This document shows positions 1 to 12,054 of a DNA stretch of 64,000 nucleotides, in pieces. A program made the position numbers and the translations under genes. The stretch is from Mytilus edulis. Taxonomy: Eukaryota. Numbering within the stretch: position 1 is the stretch's first letter; each line of letters starts with the position of its first letter. The notes beneath the pieces were generated by a model that was not told the origin of the DNA, ran no database searches, and was given only the letters and a program-made list of their open reading frames with translations. The DNA lies in the NCBI RefSeq assembly GCF_963676685.1, contig NC_092357.1:36952001-37016000 (forward strand), read 5' to 3'.

Positions 1-644
1 TTTGATTAAATGACGATTGCGTTCAGCTTCTTTTATGAAATCTTCCTATTTCAAAGGATGAGACATCTTCATAAGCCATACCTAGTATATCTGAGTTTTC
101 ACTATGACATATGGCAAGTTGTCATTGATCCCATTTACATATATAGCAAAGTGCATGGTACTTTATTCATAAGATTTTTGCCATGTTCTTTTAACTTAAT
201 GCCTTCCTAGGCAGTAGGTTGACGTTTATAACTTATATAGTTGTAATCAAATTTTACCGGTTTGACACAAAAATAACAGCTTTCTGAACAATCATTTGAT
301 CTTTGCAAATTTTTTATGGAAAGGCTTATCAAAAGAAGAAATGTGCAATTGGAAACGTTAATAATCAGGGTTTTTTCCAAATATTTTGGTCGAAATTTCT
401 AGAAAGACAGATTAGTTTATCAGACTTGTTCAACAACATTGGTTATTGGCACTTCCATGGTACAACAATTACCCTTCCAATTTTAAACTAAAGCCAAAGA
501 ATAATCATTATTGTTTGTACACAAGCAAGACATAGAAAACTAATACAATTCTCCTATATGCAGACAATTTGTTAAGGGGAAAAAAGGTTTTGTATGGTTT
601 CATATTTGTATATCGGACATGTCTAAATAACGAGAACAGTATTA

Positions 645-2435
645 TTAAATATTCGAAAGGAACCAACAGATATAAATTTAGGAATTCGATATACCAGATA
701 AAAGATAACCCAAATCCATAGAAATCACTCGCAATATTTCCAATGACTCCAAATTACCTTCGTTATACAAATGAAGATAAGTTGTAAGACAAACTAAATA
801 ATTATCATAATAAAAAACAACAAATAGTAAGTTTGAATTTTGGCAATTTTTTGTCATGGATTTATTAGGACAGTTCAACTATATATCAACCGGCCTATGA
901 ATTTGCATTCATCGACAATGTCTCATTAATGTCCAAGATAAAAACATAGAAGGGCAACCATCATATGTTTTCTCCAAATGGCAACTGGGCTACCAGACGC
1001 CAACTGTAATAAATTCAGCCATTCAGTAAATCAATATATTCAGTTCACATTCTGTCCAATCCATGACGCTTCTTTAACGATATCTGAAAATATACAACAG
1101 AGAGCAGAAAATATTCTCAAGGGTGGGATAGGGTGGGTTTTGTGTTCCTTCAGTTCAAATCACGCAATGAACAAATCACGAAAAGCATGCAATTTTATAC
1201 CAAATAAAAGCGGGAAAACCGCTTACGAAATTATGTAGGTAAATGAAAGACGCTCAAGTTCTTCAAAATTAAAGAAAAGATAACTCTAGTTTAGCAGACG
1301 ATAATCTTAATTTATTAAATTGATTTAATGCTTAATGATTAAATCTTATTATCAAATATTCGAAAGGAACCAACAGATATAAATTTAGGAATTCGATATA
1401 CCAGATAAAAGATAACCCAAATCCATTGAAATCACTCGCAATATTTCCAATGACTCCAAATTACCTTTGTTATACAAATGAAGATAAGTTGTAAGACAAA
1501 CTAAATAATTATCATAATAAAAAACAACAAATAGTAAGTTTGAATTTTGGCAATTTTTTGTCATGGATTTATTAGGACAGTTCAACTATATATCAACCGG
1601 CCTATGAATTTGCATTCATCGACAATGTCTCATTAATGTCCAAGATAAAAACATAGAAGGGCAACCATCATATGTTTTCTCCAAATGGCAACTGGGCTAC
1701 CAGACGCCAACTGTAATAAATTCAGCCATTCAGTAAATCAATATATTCAGTTCACATTCTGTCCAATCCATGACGCTTCTTTAACGATATCTGAAAATAT
1801 ACAACAGAGAGCAGAAAATATTCTCAAGGGTGGGATAGGGTGGGTTTTGTGTTCCTTCAGTTCAAATCACGCAATGAACAAATCACGAAAAGCATGCAAT
1901 TTTATACCAAATAAAAGCGGGAAAACCGCTTACGAAATTATGTAGGTAAATGAAAGACGCTCAAGTTCTTCAAAATTAAAGAAAAGATAACTCTAGTTTA
2001 GCAGACGATAATCTTAATTTATTAAATTGATTTAATGCTTAATGATTAAATCTTATTATCAAATATTCGAAAGGAACCAACAGATATAAATTTAGGAATT
2101 CGATATACCAGATAAAAGATAACCCAAATCCATTGAAATCACTCGCAATATTTCCAATGACTCCAAATTACCTTCGTTATACAAATGAAGATAAGTTGTA
2201 AGACAAACTAAATAATTATCATAATAAAAAACAACAAATAGTAAGTTTGAATTTTGGCAATTTTTTGTCATGGATTTATTAGGACAGTTCAACTATATAT
2301 CAACCGGCCTATGAATTTGCATTCATCGACAATGTCTCATTAATGTCCAAGATAAAAACATAGAAGGGCAACCATCATATGTTTTCTCCAAATGGCAACT
2401 GGGCTACCAGACGCCAACTGTAATAAATTCAGCCA
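645..2435. repeat. 707-bp tandem unit (B 377 bp, spacer 121 bp, A 209 bp), about 2.5 copies; 3' split repeats of the Ngaro element
   Basis: The core TATTA recurs at 640, 1347 and 2054 (period 707). The 66-aa and 86-aa ORFs repeat with the same period, and only a few substitutions are visible between copies. Confidence 0.95.
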
Positions 2436-2579
2436 AATGCTAGCAAACTTGTTTGTAAGCATCGCCAAACAAAATTTATCAATCCATGACAAAAAATTAA
2501 CTTTAACACACAAAACAAATGAAAAAACCTAGGTTTTGAACAAACATATTAATTGAACGGAGTTTAACAACTAAACATT

Positions 2580-3553
2580 AGTTCAACGAAGTATATCAAC
2601 TATACTATACAACAGTTCATAGTATATCAACTATACTATACAACAGTTCAACGAAGTATATCAACTATACTATACAACAGTTCAATGAAGTATATCAACT
2701 ATACTATACAACAGTTCAACGAAGTATATCAACTATACCTTACAACAGTTCAACGAAGTATATCAACTATACTATACAACAGTTCAACGAAGTATATCAA
2801 CTATACCTTACAACAGTTCAACGAAGTATATCAACTATACTAGACAACAGTTCAACGAAGTATATCACTTACCCTATACAACAGATCAACGAATTAATCA
2901 ACTTTACTAAACAACAGATCAACGAAGTAATCAACTTTACTATACAACAGATCAACGAAGTAATCAACTTTACTATACAACAGATCAACGAAGTAATCAA
3001 CTTTACTATACAACAGATCAACGAAATAATCAACTTTACTATACAACAGATCAACGAAGTGATCAACTAACTTTACAACAGATCAATGAAGTAATCAACT
3101 TTATTATACAACAGATCAACCAAGTAATCAACTTTATTATGCAACAGATCAACGAATTAATCAACTTTACTAAACAACAGATCAACGAAGTAATCAACTT
3201 TACTATACAACAGATCAACGAAGTAATCAACTTTACTATACAACAGATCAACGAAGTAATCAACTTTACTATACAACAGATCAACGAAATAATCAACTTT
3301 ACTATACAACAGATCAACGAAGTGATCAACTAACTTTACAACAGATCAATGAAGTAATCAACTTTATTATACAACAGATCAACCAAGTAATCAACTTTAT
3401 TATGCAACAGATCAACGAAGTAATCAACTTGACTATACAACAGATCAACGAAGTAATCAACTTTACTATACAACAGTTCAACGAAGGATCAACGAAGTAA
3501 TCAACTTTACTATACAACAGATCAACGAAGTAATCAACTTTACTATACAACAG
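2580..3553. repeat. Minisatellite: 34-bp units (~2580-2870) then 33-bp units (~2875-3553), with a 263-bp higher-order duplication
   Basis: Units are caacgaagtatatcaactatactatacaacagtt (34) and caacgaagtaatcaactttactatacaacagat (33). Diagnostic variants recur 263 bp apart (2891/3154; 3084/3347). Confidence 0.95.
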
Positions 3554-3729
3554 TACAAATATAAACAACGTGCACAATTAAAATTTATTCAACTATGTAT
3601 TTACAACCAAAAACAAAACTGTTATATATTCAACAGAGCTGTTCAACTTGATGCAACAACTGAAATAAATTATTCAACTGACATACAACTTCATGTGTCC
3701 ATGCACGATGGCTTGCAACTTTAGACAGT

Positions 3730-3930
3730 TTAAAATTCATCTGGATATAAAAATTTGTTTGGATACTTAGTAAACAACTCTAATGCTGACTGAATAGCAT
3801 TTATAAAAATGTCATTGCCAATATATGACAGATTCGCCATCATCAGTGAAAAGAGCTGGATGGATATCATCAAAATCAGTATGTTTAGTAGCCTTGCCCT
3901 AAACTTTGTGTAGGTAAGATCTAACCCCCC
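3730..3930 (-). pseudogene. C-terminal remnant of an SGNH/GDSL hydrolase-like ORF of the Ngaro element
   Basis: The minus strand reads RGVRSYLHKV*GKATKHTDFDDIHPALFTDDG, then after a frameshift LSYIGNDIFINAIQSALELF. This resembles SGNH block V (DGxH); a hydrolase ORF is known in some Ngaro elements. Confidence 0.6.
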
Positions 3931-3934
3931 TTTG

Positions 3935-4122
3935 TTTAAAACAGTCTGAAACTGAAATCTTTGTCAATGATTTCCCATTTATATGGCAAAATTGAGGACC
4001 ATCATTTCCAGGTCTTATTTGCAAAAAGGCTTTCAAACTTTGTAGAGGACAAATCTCATTTGATTCATATTTATAATTTTTTACAATTAAAGTAGTGGAT
4101 CTCCCTTTTTGATCCGTTTTTG

Positions 4123-4156
<34 letters not shown>

Positions 4157-4690
4157 ATCGTAATAAACAGCTGATTTAAGAAGGTCAATATAAACATCCC
4201 GCCTATGTAAAACATGCTTTTGCATAGCATTCGTTGTAATGGCAAATTCACTGACACGTAAAAATGCAGCAAGCTAAGTTAAATGCTGTTTGAAACAATA
4301 TTGTTTCATAATAAGAAGAGCACACGTGCCTCAAAGCCACATTTAATCTAATCAAAATATCAATAGTCAAAGGTTCCCGAAGATCTTAAGAGTTGTAAAG
4401 TCTATCACAACCACCCAAAAGTTTCTGTATGATAAACGATTTAGTTAAATCTTCATTCCCTTGAATTTTTAATTTGTAACCTATTCCAGATATATATGAT
4501 CTAATTGTAATGATGAATAATGATTTAGAGACACAAAAAAAAAAAACCCAACATAACCAATAATTTGTCTGTTACTTGGTGGCCAACTAAGGGGAATAGA
4601 ATATTCCATCCTGAACATATTGAACGAATGCAATGCATTTTCATAAACATTTCTGGTACTTTGAGAAATTGAATAATTCACCAATTTTTA
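3935..4690 (-). pseudogene. Tyrosine recombinase remnant (N-terminal SAM-like domain plus first half of the catalytic domain)
   Basis: ORF 4481-4684 has STRNVYENALHSFNMF; ORF 3899-4225 has SKTDQKG...CPLQSLKAFLQIRP...FCHINGKSLT. Both are typical of DIRS-order YR. The region is frameshifted and the C-terminal HxxR/Y region was not seen. Confidence 0.8.
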
Positions 4691-5200
4691 AGCTTCTATA
4701 ACAAAAGATCTAGGAATTCTTGTGGAATAGTCTGGCGTCCGGTCGGCATTACTCGTTACTTCTCTGAACTTCATCTGTCCACGAGATAAAGCATCAGCAA
4801 TAAAATTGTATTTTGAAAAAATATGCAACGCTTTAAATTGAAAATTAAATAACAATGTCCACAAAACTATTTTTATTAACAAAAACATAACCCTGTCTTT
4901 TTTTTTTTGAAGATTTTGAATTTAAAATTGTAACAACAGCCATATTATCACAATGAAAAATTATATTCTTATTCGCAAACCTTTCTTTCCATAAATAGAT
5001 GGCCAAAGCAATAGGTATAATTTCCAAATAAGTAATGTCACTTAATAAAACTTTGCCCCAATTATGGTCATTGTAAAATTGCCCATTGCCCATTTAAATA
5101 AGCTGCACAAACCAGTGAATGACCACCTGCACTGTCAGTATACAAATGTAAATCAGCATTTGAAACCCAATCTAAATCTTGGATATATGTATAGCCATTA
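4690..5200 (-). pseudogene. RNase H domain remnant (DIRS/Ngaro type)
   Basis: Motifs LYTDSAG (~5130-5150), ITYLEIIPIALA, FHCDNMAVV and NFIADALSR are spread across frameshifted ORFs. Confidence 0.85.
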
Positions 5201-6230
5201 AATTCTTTATAAAGATATTGCCACATATGCAAATGATCTCGTATTCCTTTGTCAATCTTATAAAATGATGAGATTTTTTATCATTTTTAAAAGAGCCAAT
5301 AGACGCCAATACCCAATTTATCTGATCTTTAAGTTTTTTTTTTTTTTATTTTAACACTGGTATTCTAACCAACATCTCACCTGAATAAATTAACAAACCT
5401 ATACATTCCAGTTTTGTGCAAGGACCTTCTTGGTTTTTTTTTTGTTTTTTTTTTGTTTTTTTTTTTTTATTTGCTATAGGAACTTCCAAGTTTGAACAAA
5501 CTTTTGAAAATGCAGTCATAAGAAAGAGACAGTCCTCTTAATGAGCTTCTCCAACAAATATAAAATCATCAAGATAATGATCCAAATTTTCAGAATGCGT
5601 TTTAATTTTAACTGACCAATGCAAAAAGGTTGAAAATATTTCAAATGTAGCACAACTAATAGAACATCCCATGGGCATTATTTTTTTGTTGTTGATATAG
5701 TAAAGACCATTTAGTTTGATGCCTAGAAAATCAAAATCACCAGGATAACATTTAAGTAAAGGAAATGCCGATTTAATATTCATTTTTGCCATTAAAGCCG
5801 AATTCCCCATTTGTTTAACAATTTTGACTGCATTGTCAAATGATGAATAAGTGACCTTGGTAAACTGAGTATCAATAAAATCATTGATACTTTCCTTCGG
5901 AAGTAAGACAAATAAATAAGTTATCAATCTAAGTCCACCAGTTTTCTTAGGAACTAAACCAATAGGAGAGCACCGAAGATTTGAAATAGGTTTATGTTTG
6001 AATGGGCCTTCCATTCGACCTAATGATATCTCATTATTCAACTTCTTTTGAGCTTCAAAAAGGTTTTTCAAAACAGACAACAAATTTCTATATTCACATG
6101 AACGTCTAGGACCTAATGAATTTTAAAACCATATTTAAATCCATTCAAAAGTTCAACAGCGCTTTGTTTATCATGATATAGTTCCAGAAGCTTAGAGAGT
6201 TCATTTACATTAACCGGAGATGTTCATAGG
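5200..6230 (-). pseudogene. Reverse transcriptase remnant (DIRS/Ngaro type)
   Basis: ORF 5538-6083 contains SPIGLVPKK-GGLRLI, AKMNIKSAF, MPMGCSISC and HYLDDFIF. Stops and frameshifts flank it. Confidence 0.92.
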
Positions 6231-6239
6231 CCCAAATAT

Positions 6240-7219
6240 TAAACTGGTCTGGATGTAGTTCTGAAAAATTATAAATTATCTTTGCTGACAACCTCCTTTT
6301 GGGTTTTGTCTATAAGCAGAGTTGTTAACAAAAGGTGAAATGTTATTTCTCTTAAACCTAGATGGACCAGTATTACCTTCATTGTCCATAAAGCAACGAC
6401 ATCGTAAAGCAAGATGATTAAAACCTCATTTGAGACATGCATGCCTGTATTGGCAATTGCGTTTATTGCAAAAACCTTTAAAATTAAAATCTCAGCATTT
6501 ATAACCAACATTAGCCTGCTGTTGTTTTTGAGTATTGTTAGTTAAAATACGCAACCACAAAAAACGATCTATGGATGACATTTTTCAGTATAATCCCTTG
6601 ATACTCTCAAACGAAATTGTTGGTCATAAGAATACCATTTCAACAGAATTATCAGCCGCTGCAACCCTTATATTGACATATATGAGAAAAGTTCACTTGC
6701 TTTTCCAGGATACCTTTCAATAAGGACCTGGGCATAAGCAATAAAACAATCAGTCCAATCCTCAACAGAATTAACAGTATGGTTTTTCCTAACTTTGTTT
6801 TGTATAACCAGCATACCGCCATTAATGCCAATGGTGTTTTTATTTGTTTGACTGTTGAAATTGTTGTGAATGCATAAGGGACAAATCAGTATATTCAAAA
6901 TTCCTTAAGCTTTTGACTTATCAATAAAACAACCTTATGAAAACCAGGCAACATTAGATGTTCATCAAAAACTTCAATAACCTCACCTAAGGCAGCTAAT
7001 TCAGGTTCAATCTCTTGAATTCTACATCTGGTTGCAAAGCAACTAGTTGAGGTGCATCAACACTCCGTCTTCTTACTACAGGGGCATCTTCATCAATATC
7101 AACTTTGGGACGCCTTCTCTCATTCCGAAATGGTGGTTGAAGTTGTTCCCTGGGAGCCATTCTAAGACGAAGTCTCCAACCGGGTCCTGCCGACGACGCC
7201 TGCCTCTATCTCTTGGCAT
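6240..7219 (-). pseudogene. gag-like ORF remnant with a C-terminal Cys/His zinc finger
   Basis: Probable start MPRDRGRRRR at 7219. The motif VEDWTDCFIAYAQVLIERYPGKASELFSYM is present, plus a Cys/His cluster C*DFNFKGFCNKRNCQYRHACLK*GFNHLALRC at ~6390-6500. Confidence 0.75.
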
Positions 7220-7941
7220 TGTTATAAACTATTATAATTATAAAAACAGATTAGCTACATACATCAAGCTTAAAAGCCCATTCATCTTTTAAAATATAAA
7301 TTCAACTTCTTATTCAATCATTCGGTTTAGATAAATGAAATACCACATATAACCCACTACGTTGTCTTAAATAAAATTAATACATTTTAATGCATTAAAC
7401 AACTGAAGTTGGTAACAAAACACAATTAAAACAAATGCAATGTTCCTTCAAACCAAATATAACGTCGTTATAAACGGTAAGTTAAATTCCCAAGCTTATT
7501 TAATTATCCGTAAATTAAAAAAACTTATAAAAGATGTACGTGGAACAAATTAAACATTAGCGGGCATGTAAATGTTAACACGGCTTACACTACAAACATG
7601 TAATTACCTGTTTAAAGAATATCGCTCATACATTACAATCAAAACAAATATATCACCTGTATTAAAGCATTTTAAATTTAATGCTATTCAATGATTAATA
7701 TATGTGTGCACAAATGTAACTATTGAATAATAGTCTTAGTCAGAATAAATGCTATCGAAGTAAGCAATACATTAAATTAAGAATCAAACTATTTGCAAGA
7801 ACAACTTTCAAATAAAATAAAGTTATTCTTTTATAAATAACAGAAATAAAATCATTCGGAAAATTCAACTGCAACAACTATATCTGTTTATCACTAAAAC
7901 ATATGTACTTATCTTATGTCTGAATCAGCCCATCCTTTTTA

Positions 7942-8150
7942 TGTTCCTTCAGTTCAAATCACGCAATGAACAAATCACGAAAAGCATGCAATTTTATACC
8001 AAATAAAAGCGGGAAAACCGCTTACGAAATTATGTAGGTAAATGAAAGACGCTCAAGTCCTTCAAAATTAAAGAAAAGATAACTCTAGTTTAGCAGACGA
8101 TAATCTTAATTTATTAAATTGATTTAATGCTTAATGATTAAATCTTATTA
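7942..8150. repeat. Repeat A1, the 5' terminal repeat of the Ngaro element
   Basis: Near-identical to 1143-1351 and 1850-2058; one visible difference (caagtccttc vs caagttcttc). Confidence 0.93.
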
Positions 8151-10185
8151 AACCGCTGTTTTATAGTAATACATCGATTTAACTGAAACAAATCCGCACT
8201 GCAAAAATCTGCAAGTTTGTCAGATAGTTACCTACTGGCCTTGACCTAATCGAAACGTGTTTCAGTAATCAATATAACATTTCGTCACAAGGTGAGTTTC
8301 TTCAACACTCTTTGCAAAGATCAATTGCAATCGATTCATAGAATGATTGTTAGATGTTGACACTCAATTAATTTTGTCCTCACTAGTTGATTCATCGTAA
8401 AAAGTTACTATTTTAGTGTTTAGCATTAACGAAAGGAAATAGGTTATATCTCATTGAGTCGAAAAAATCAGCTACAGAGCAACATACTGTCATTAATCAT
8501 CGGCACACCTTTTTTCATTACACGAAGATACATATTCTGGCTGATAGGTAAAACAAATGTTAATGATATGTTCATTGTTGGAAAATATAACTTTATTTGT
8601 ATGAGCCTTTCTGGTGTTTTGTATTGAATACAAATACACTGTGTATGTCGACTAATTTATACGAATGTGTTAAGTATTTATTCTGCACTTGAATGAAGCT
8701 GTTGTTGTTTAAATGCAAATCAGTATCTCTTAGTTTTAAATAAAATTGAAATTTGTTAATTGTGGATTGTAAGAAGTGCCCCGAATGAGCAGTTACACAA
8801 AAAGAAATTACTGCACAGGCTCACATGATATTTTTTTTCATTTACTTTTTATTCTTACAATAGTTGGCTAAATAAATACAATTTTTCGCGCACTCATTTA
8901 AATTATACGAGCAATATTCGGATGTTTGGGTTACCTTTAAAAATGTAAAACTGAGAAATAAGTATATCAATGTTTAAATGAACTGTAAATGACAAATATA
9001 TGAAAATAAATTATAATAGACCTGCGTTTTTTACACTAGTTTTAAAACTATATCTTCCTCGCCAGGAATAAAGAAAAGGTTGAGCATTTACATTTATTTT
9101 TCAAATAACGAAAAAATAAAATATTGCAATATTATGGAAAGGCAGATAAGATGTTAAACAAATATTTGATATCTCTGTTACTATCAATAAATTGACAAAA
9201 CGTACTATCTAGACACAGTTACTGGACAACAGCATTATGAATATATTCGTTCCAGATATATTAGAGGCCAACTAAGTTCAATATACAATATGCAGGCAAA
9301 ACGCTTTCAATGAAATATCCCTTATTTTGATAATATTAAACATGAACCAGTACGGTGTGGATGTAATTTTGGTGTAAACATAATATCAAGTTATGCAAGG
9401 GCCCACGGTCACTTCTACTGTTAAAATCAGTAATATCGCTTACATAAAGATGAATTATTTTTATACATTGAAAACAACATCATGATTGGTCGTATACTGA
9501 AACAATATTTATATCTGCTAGTGATGTAAAACATATCTATAAAGTTAGGTGTATTATGAAGTAATGTCCTAGATTGAGATTCATAACAGTAAAGAAAAAC
9601 ATTTGAATTAAATCGGCACTGCAAGTTCCGAGTAGAATACTTTCCCGACCAAAAGAATAACACCATCATAAAACATATCTTTTGCACTAACAAATATGTT
9701 ATGTCATTAAAAATATCGAAATCTAGCAATACTTTTTGTATTTAATTGAATTTAATTCTTCTTCTGTTATTAACAAGGAATATATTGTTTTACGAATAAG
9801 TTACCATAAAGCATAAAACTGGGAAATTAAAAAAAAGGACAAATACAGATCAGCTGATGAACTTGACAACTATAGTTCAACATCTTCGTTATACATTAAT
9901 TTCTCCTTTTTTCTCTGTGTATAGTAATCACTAGATTAATACACAAAATACGATCATTGTCGTATATTCATCAGTTAAAGGAGGATTTAAAAGAAGACCC
10001 TTTTTACACAAAACTATTTTCTACGATAAACCAACCAGCAAGTAGGACACCGATTAAATGATAAAAAGCATTTTATGTTTTAAAATATCAAAATAGTTTT
10101 TTTATTTCGACATTCCTTTTTGAAGATAAAACAAAAAGTACAAAATAAACTAAGCGGATTGATTGTCATGTTCTCTTTATGCAAT

Positions 10186-10356
10186 AAAAGAGGGACGAAA
10201 GATACCAAAGGGACAGTCAAACTCATAAATCTAAAACAAACTGACAACGCCATGGCTAAAAATGAAAAACACAAACAGAAAAACAATAGTACACACGACA
10301 CAACATAGAAAACTAAAGAATAAACAACACGAACCCCACCAAAAACTAGGGGTGAT
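10186..10356 (-). repeat. 3' fragment of an interspersed retroelement-derived repeat (same family as 15008, 43386 and 44431)
   Basis: Reverse complement of about 44705-44893. Confidence 0.8.
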
Positions 10357-10487
10357 AATAAATGTAGTGAATTGTAGTGAACGACGTAGACAATAGAGGG
10401 ACGATTAAATATCCAAATATTTATGAAATATTTATGTGTCCTACTTGTACTAATCTTAAACACACTTGTGTACGTGTATACTCACAG

Positions 10488-10568
10488 GTAGAATCAATAA
10501 CTATAGATAGAAAAGTCTAAATGTATGAAGATACACAACAACCAAAATTGTTATGATGTAACAATAAG
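10488..10568 (+). other. Putative 81-nt 5'UTR exon of TRIM-like copy 1 (homologues at 28155-28235, 33169-33249, 38983-39063, 57313-57393, 63316-63396)
   Basis: Bounded by a YAG acceptor and an AG|GTARG donor. Length is identical in six units, each upstream of a TRIM CDS or predicted CDS. Confidence 0.6.
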
Positions 10569-10789
10569 GTAAGAACGAGTAAGATTATAAATTCTGGGTC
10601 ATATCTGTTTTTCAATTGATTGGCCTTAAATCACAATTTTGAAACCCTCAATCCACCAAAATAAAAAGTACAAGCAAAATCAGACTCATAAACAAAACCG
10701 TACACAAAGTATGGCAGTGCTAATTAAAGGAAAGCACAAGCAGTGTTGTTTCATCATGCAAATATAAATGAGAAGATCAAGAGTATGAT

Positions 10790-11005
10790 GGTATGAGTGC
10801 TAATGAGACAACTTTCCATTCAAGTCAAAATGAGTAAAACGTAAATAATTATAGGTCTAAGTACAGCCTTCAACACAGAGCATTGGCTTACCTCGAACAG
10901 GAGGCTATGAAGGACCCCAAGATGACTAGTGTAACGCAAATCAAATAGTAAAACCAATTCGTACCTATAAAAACAAAACACGAGGGAAACTACAACAATA
11001 AACGA
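10790..11005. repeat. Degenerate copy of the abundant SINE-like repeat
   Basis: Similar to 50095-50476 (gagacaact...gccttcaac...gctat...aaacgaca). Confidence 0.5.
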
Positions 11006-11634
11006 CATTTTTTACATTACAAGTATTGATTATAAGAATGAATTTGAATTACACCAAACAATTACTTAGGAATCCAACGAGTAGGAGTATGATGTCCTGG
11101 TTCGGATAACAAAGGTACATGATACTCATGATATCCAAATGACGCATGTAAATTTTTCCGCGCCTTGCGCAAAAAAATATTCTGACTCAGGCAAAAAATC
11201 ATAACCCTTCGAAATTAATAGTTGCTCCCTTACCTGGTGATAAGTTTATATATATATGCGTATCATTTAAGAATATATGTGTGTCTTTACGCTAATATAA
11301 CTTGATCGTTTAAAGAGATTTGCTCTTTATGACTCCTACATTTCCCTTGCACCTGAGTACATACTATTCATATACATTTTGACAATAAGAAAAGTGGGCC
11401 AGCAAGCAAACTACTTTTAGTGTACTTGTTGAATGAGAGAAAATAACTTGAAATAACTAAGAACATATACTAAAAACAAATTTAAAGGGGGTCTGAATTA
11501 CACCCTGAGTCTGCACCAAACTATGTTTATAGTTCAAATACAAGTGTAAGAATCAAATATAAGTTCAAAAAAGACGTTTGATTAGCTTATCATTTCCTAT
11601 CTTTTATTCTAAGTTATATCAAAAGTATCTGCTC

Positions 11635-12054
11635 TCTTACACAGCTACTTTTGCATAGGTACTATTTCTGTACTAAAACTCTGTAGTACTGGAAATTTAC
11701 TTTTACTATTCAGTACTATTGTGTTACCTGTAATACTTAGGTACCTGTTTTTACAGTACTTAATTTGTACTTGAAATTTAGGTACGACAGATTTTTGATT
11801 ACTACCGTTACATTTTCAGCATTTTGAAAGTTTTTCTATTTCAAATCTCTTAAAATTATGATTTTCAAACATGGAATATTGTATTATTTCTGTACCAAAA
11901 TATTTCGTACAAATCAAGTACTGTAAAATACAAGTACCTAAATATTACAATAGTTTTAAAGTAAAGAAATAGTACTAAATGATAAAAGTAATTTTCCAGT
12001 ACTACATATTTCTTAGTACAGAAATAGTACCTATGCAAAAATAGCTGTGTAAGA
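11635..12054. mobile_element. Fold-back MITE with long imperfect TIRs, in the intron of copy 1
   Basis: Left end tcttacacagctactttttgcataggtactatttctgtactaa mirrors right end ttagtacagaaatagtacctatgcaaaaatagctgtgtaaga. It is absent at the paralogous site near 40410. Confidence 0.85.

Larger units (their letters stand above)
640..8150 (-). mobile_element. Ngaro-type (DIRS order) tyrosine-recombinase retrotransposon, degenerate, with split direct repeats
   Basis: Minus-strand order gag-RT-RNaseH-YR-hydrolase. Repeat A (7942-8150) recurs at 1850-2058 and 1143-1351; repeat B occurs at 2059-2435, 1352-1728 and 645-1021. This fits A1-ORFs-B1-A2-B2 plus one extra A/B unit. The repeats are direct, not inverted. 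Confidence 0.88.

Noticed and set aside
678-2292. Repeated 66-aa and 86-aa ORFs
   Set aside because: They lie within the terminal repeats, have no recognisable motifs, and recur only because the DNA is repeated.
2580-3553. CRISPR-like appearance and 11-aa repeat ORFs (LITSLICCIVK / QQINEVINFTI)
   Set aside because: The units are head-to-tail with no unique spacers and no cas genes; the ORFs are a by-product of the 33-bp period.
640-8150. Classification as an LTR retrotransposon or DIRS1-type element
   Set aside because: No DDE integrase, no TG..CA ends or TSD, and no inverted terminal repeats were seen; the repeats are split and direct.
10488-10568. The 81-nt exon as a coding N-terminal extension (length divisible by 3)
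   Set aside because: The copy 4 version has stops in all three frames, and the uATG frames I followed do not join the main ORF in frame.
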